From Methanobacteriota archaeon (GTDB lineage Archaea; Halobacteriota; Bog-38; Methanoflorentales; Methanoflorentaceae): a stretch of DNA of 64,000 bases. The stretch covers positions 32,001-96,000 of the forward strand of contig CAVRAO010000011.1 in NCBI GenBank assembly GCA_963719035.1. The letters run 5' to 3'. Position 1 is the first letter of the stretch, and each line of letters starts with the position of its first letter. Below are positions 60,836-64,000 of this stretch, piece after piece. The position numbers and the translations under genes are program-made. The notes below the pieces were generated by a model that made no database searches, had not been told where the DNA came from, and was given only the letters and a program-made list of their open reading frames with translations.

Positions 60836-61093
60836 TCACCACGTTGTGTGGATTGCCTCCTCCAAAGACATCGCTGGTGCAATGTGGGCCACACCGAAGC
60901 TGCTAAATGGTGCCGTGATCTTAAGCAACGAGACTTCACTGGGCGCATCGAAGATTGCCACGGACGCGTGCCTGCCAATGAGGACGTAGCGACCGATCAG
61001 CTTGACGTCGTCAGGGTATTTGAATTGCTTCCACTTTTCGTAAACCTGCTCCATATGGTCAGGATCAAATTTAAACCACAATACAAACAGCAT
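60836..61093 (-). CDS. DUF3303-like protein
   Basis: GGAGGTG RBS; P.DVKLIGRY..VAIFDA..APAMSLEE. Confidence 0.75.
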   Translation of the reverse strand: MLFVLWFKFDPDHMEQVYEKWKQFKYPDDVKLIGRYVLIGRHASVAIFDAPSEVSLLKITAPFSSFGVAHIAPAMSLEEAIHTTW

Positions 61094-61239
61094 TTTTTTC
61101 CACCTCCTTTCATATTGGCAGCGGTGGTAGTAACCGCCGTTTTTTCTAAAACATTTATAAAGACACTCTAGGGGAATAAATGTTGTTATGACGGACGTCC
61201 GTCACAGTGATAAACGATATTTTGGCTACGAGCGGTAAC

Positions 61240-61447
61240 GCGTCACAATCTCATTTTTTTCTTGGCGATTTACGGAAATTCGCGGAAAATACGGCGATAT
61301 TTTTCAGTAGGATCAATCAAATCGAGCTTGTATTATGACGCACGGCGTGAGCGGCATTGATTGGAAGCACTACAAGCATCCGTTGCCTTTAAATGTCTAT
61401 GACGTGAATATGAAAAATTGGGCAGAAGTTACCGTCGATGCTTTAAA
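61240..61447 (+). pseudogene. Integrase 3'-end fragment 3
   Basis: LGDLRKFA..YGDI..DQSNRACIMTHGVSGIDWKHYKHPLP. Confidence 0.88.
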
Positions 61448-61496
61448 CCATTTGCACCCAAAGCGTTAAGTCAAAAATTCGCTCTGTAAAAAAGCG

Positions 61497-61781
61497 ATGA
61501 AAGGAACGGATATAACGAAAGTTGCTATCGTATCCGCCGTGTGCTTAATTGGATTAGTCGTCGTTCTAAAAAACGTCCTTAACATCCCCGCTGATATCCT
61601 CTCTCGGGATATCATCCTCTGGATAATTATTTACTCAGGGTTCACCATTGTTCTGATTTCCCAAGAGGAGACGCCACGAAAAGAAGGAGCACCGCGGAAG
61701 ACCTATGACAGTCCGTGGCTTTGGAGTGCAGTCATTATAGGCGTGACTCTTGCTATTATTGCAGTGTATGCTTTCGGATAA
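61497..61781 (+). CDS. Small 3-TM hypothetical protein
   Basis: Three hydrophobic segments. Confidence 0.7.
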   Translation: MKGTDITKVAIVSAVCLIGLVVVLKNVLNIPADILSRDIILWIIIYSGFTIVLISQEETPRKEGAPRKTYDSPWLWSAVIIGVTLAIIAVYAFG

Positions 61782-61822
61782 ATGAAATTGTTAGAAACTA
61801 TCTTGCATCTCAATAGGCCAAA

Positions 61823-61920
61823 GTGAGCGTAGTTGATTGGAAGCATTACAAGCATCCGCTGCCTAAGAGCGTCTAGGATACTTACGTGCGATATTGGCGA
61901 GATATCAATCTGTTTCTAGA
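61823..61920 (+). pseudogene. Integrase 3'-end fragment 4
   Basis: VSVVDWKHYKHPLPKSV*DTYVRYWRDI. Confidence 0.85.
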
Positions 61921-61970
61921 TGGCTGAAATGGTCATTCGGCGCGATGAATCTAAGTGGGAGACTATGGCA

Positions 61971-62435
61971 ATGAAATCTCTATTGATTTTGTATTCTTAT
62001 CATCACAAGAATACTGAGAAAATCGCTAGAATCTTCGCAAAAGTGCTAGATGCACAAATAAAAACGCTGCAGCAAGTAAACCTTGAAGAGCTTCAAGAGT
62101 ATAGCCTAATTGGCTTTGGCTCAGGGATATATAGTGAAAAACACCACGAATATCTGCTTGACCTTGCCGATAGACTACCACAGATCACCAACAAGAAAGC
62201 ATTCATTTTCTCAACCAGCGCAATTATGGGAGACGCCAAGGTCGCCAAAGATCATTCGCTGCTCAGGGAAAAACTGCAATCTAAGGGTTACATAATCGTT
62301 GATGAATTCAGTTGTAAGGGTTTTAACACAAATAGCTTCCTTAAACTATTTGGTGGAATGAACAAGGGTAGACCTAATGCTGAAGACCTCAAAAATGCGG
62401 AAGAGTTTGCGTCGAACCTGAAGCAGAACATATAA
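61971..62435 (+). CDS. Flavodoxin family protein
   Basis: SYHHKNTEKIA, GFGSGIY, FSTS, FSCKG. Confidence 0.9.
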   Translation: MKSLLILYSYHHKNTEKIARIFAKVLDAQIKTLQQVNLEELQEYSLIGFGSGIYSEKHHEYLLDLADRLPQITNKKAFIFSTSAIMGDAKVAKDHSLLREKLQSKGYIIVDEFSCKGFNTNSFLKLFGGMNKGRPNAEDLKNAEEFASNLKQNI

Positions 62436-62728
62436 AGCGTTCGCGCTTCCTTTCCTTTCTTCCGTTAAAGAAATGAAGCTGAGGGTAGTTCTCACTGCTG
62501 GATGTACAACTAACCCGACGGCATTGAATAATTATATTAATGTTATTATATTTAGAACGTCTAGCAGTCAATCACTAGCCGCACAAATACTTACATGATG
62601 TCGCTGATTCTATTTTTTAGACCTTTATAGCGTTTTAATCACACGAGGGTCGTCCTAGATATTTCTCAGGCCTTTTACTCATACTGCGGCAGACGAATAA
62701 ATCAACGGTCAGATTTTGCGCGACGATG

Positions 62729-62842
62729 CTAGGCGTCAACGGGTAGAGGCCTTCTAGGTACCGTGAAGAATATGAAGAAAACGAAGAAGACAAAGAATAG
62801 GGGACGGTCGAACAGCAATCCAAGAAAGCCGAGGAAACCCAA
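62729..62842 (-). pseudogene. Phe-rich membrane peptide homologous to 32161..32304
   Basis: LGFLGFLGLLFDRPLFFVFFVFFIFFTVPRRP; start region unclear. Confidence 0.5.
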
Positions 62843-62970
62843 ACATGAAGATTGTTATATCTATTCAATTAAATATATATTAAACTGAAACAAAAAACAG
62901 GGAGAAAAACCTGAACTGTGAAAAGTAGTACGTCTAAGAACACTTTACAGCTTTTGCGAGATGGTCTACC

Positions 62971-64000
62971 GTGAGACCAAAAGTGTTGCTCGTTGGCTAC
63001 AACGGCGCAAACAACACCGGGGCAGAGGCAAAACTTCTTGTAGTCATCGATGAGCTACGGCAAGTTATGGGTCCAAAAGCGGAATTACAGGTCGCTAGTC
63101 TCAATGTAGCTAATATACAGAGATACCTAAAAGAAGGCCAAAACCTTAAAATCAAACCTTTGCGGCCAGCACTCTTCCCGCTTGATACGAGAAAGCTGGT
63201 GAAGCAAACCGACCTGGTAATGCTCGTGGAAGGAAGTACCTATATGGATACCTGGGGGGCACCCCTCCTCTGGTACTACCTCCTCGCCACGAGATATGCC
63301 AAACAAATGAAGAAACCCTGTATTGCCTACTCCGTCGACGCTGGCAACGCATCAGATTTCAACAGCCGGCAAATTCGCCGAGAAGCAAGCAAAACCGATC
63401 TTATTTTGGCACGAACCCAAAACACAGCTAAGCGGCTACGCGGATGGGGGGTGCGAGCGCCCATCGAGGTCACAGCCGACAATGCCTTCGCCTTCCACCC
63501 AAGACCCGAAGATCAAAACATTCTCACACACGTCTGGCCTGAAGCAAAGCATGTAGTAGGCGTCGCAGCCGAAGACATCTACCAGTGGCCAGTCAGAATA
63601 CGACCGTGGGACTCGAAGAAATACCGCTATAGGTGGCCGTATTACTACTCACACTCAAAAGAGCGCCTCGAGAAAGCAGAATCACTCGCTGACGTGCTTG
63701 CCGCTGAGGCCGATGAAATTATCGAGCAATACGACAAAGACATCGCGCTCTTAAGCATGGAAGAGTTAGACGTTCCTTTCGCTCATAAGGTCAAACGCTT
63801 AATGAAGCACACAGACAGGGCACGAGTATTTACTGCTATTGAATACAACGCTTCACAAATGACCAGCATACTGCAAAGCTTAGACGCTCTCATCACGTCG
63901 CGATATCATGCAGGAGTCCTTTCATTACCAAATCAAGTCCCACAAGCAGCCATTGGCCATGATCTAAGGATTGAAGACCTCTACTCAGAACTGGACATAC
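62971..64000 (+). CDS. Polysaccharide pyruvyl transferase family protein (runs off window)
   Basis: VLLVGYNGANNTGAEA, EGSTYMD, TADNAF, ITSRYHA. Confidence 0.85.
   Translation, partial: MRPKVLLVGYNGANNTGAEAKLLVVIDELRQVMGPKAELQVASLNVANIQRYLKEGQNLKIKPLRPALFPLDTRKLVKQTDLVMLVEGSTYMDTWGAPLLWYYLLATRYAKQMKKPCIAYSVDAGNASDFNSRQIRREASKTDLILARTQNTAKRLRGWGVRAPIEVTADNAFAFHPRPEDQNILTHVWPEAKHVVGVAAEDIYQWPVRIRPWDSKKYRYRWPYYYSHSKERLEKAESLADVLAAEADEIIEQYDKDIALLSMEELDVPFAHKVKRLMKHTDRARVFTAIEYNASQMTSILQSLDALITSRYHAGVLSLPNQVPQAAIGHDLRIEDLYSELDI

Overview
Archaeal genomic window. TATA/BRE-style promoters, SSV-type tRNA-targeting integrases and methanogen-like gene content suggest a Halobacteriota/Methanomicrobia-related lineage (inference). 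Left part (1-17 kb) is a metal/corrinoid uptake region: NikR with a Ni/Co ECF transporter, two nicotianamine-synthase-like genes, a radical SAM gene, a methyltransferase, two AbrB-like paralogs, a second CbiM/N-like pair, duplicated cbiZ and a BtuFCD-like ABC system. It contains three 11-bp-periodic operator arrays, two candidate sRNAs with anti-Shine-Dalgarno loops and a strongly structured btuF leader. Middle part (17-34 kb) has a family A DNA polymerase with a degenerate exonuclease, an Ig-repeat surface protein, a Ku/ligase/PE-Pol NHEJ operon, a duplicated 4-Cys peptide module and asd. Right part (34.7-64 kb) is a composite island at tRNA-Val. It holds a cassette-like array of unrelated small genes each preceded by the same ~38-bp repeat, a fragmented tyrosine integrase, an orphan carB, a Cys-rich peptide, a schizorhodopsin-like gene, prenyltransferases, a photolyase pseudogene, and four integrase 3'-end fragments each followed by one cargo gene. 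Many genes carry single-base frameshifts, which may be real decay or long-read assembly errors.
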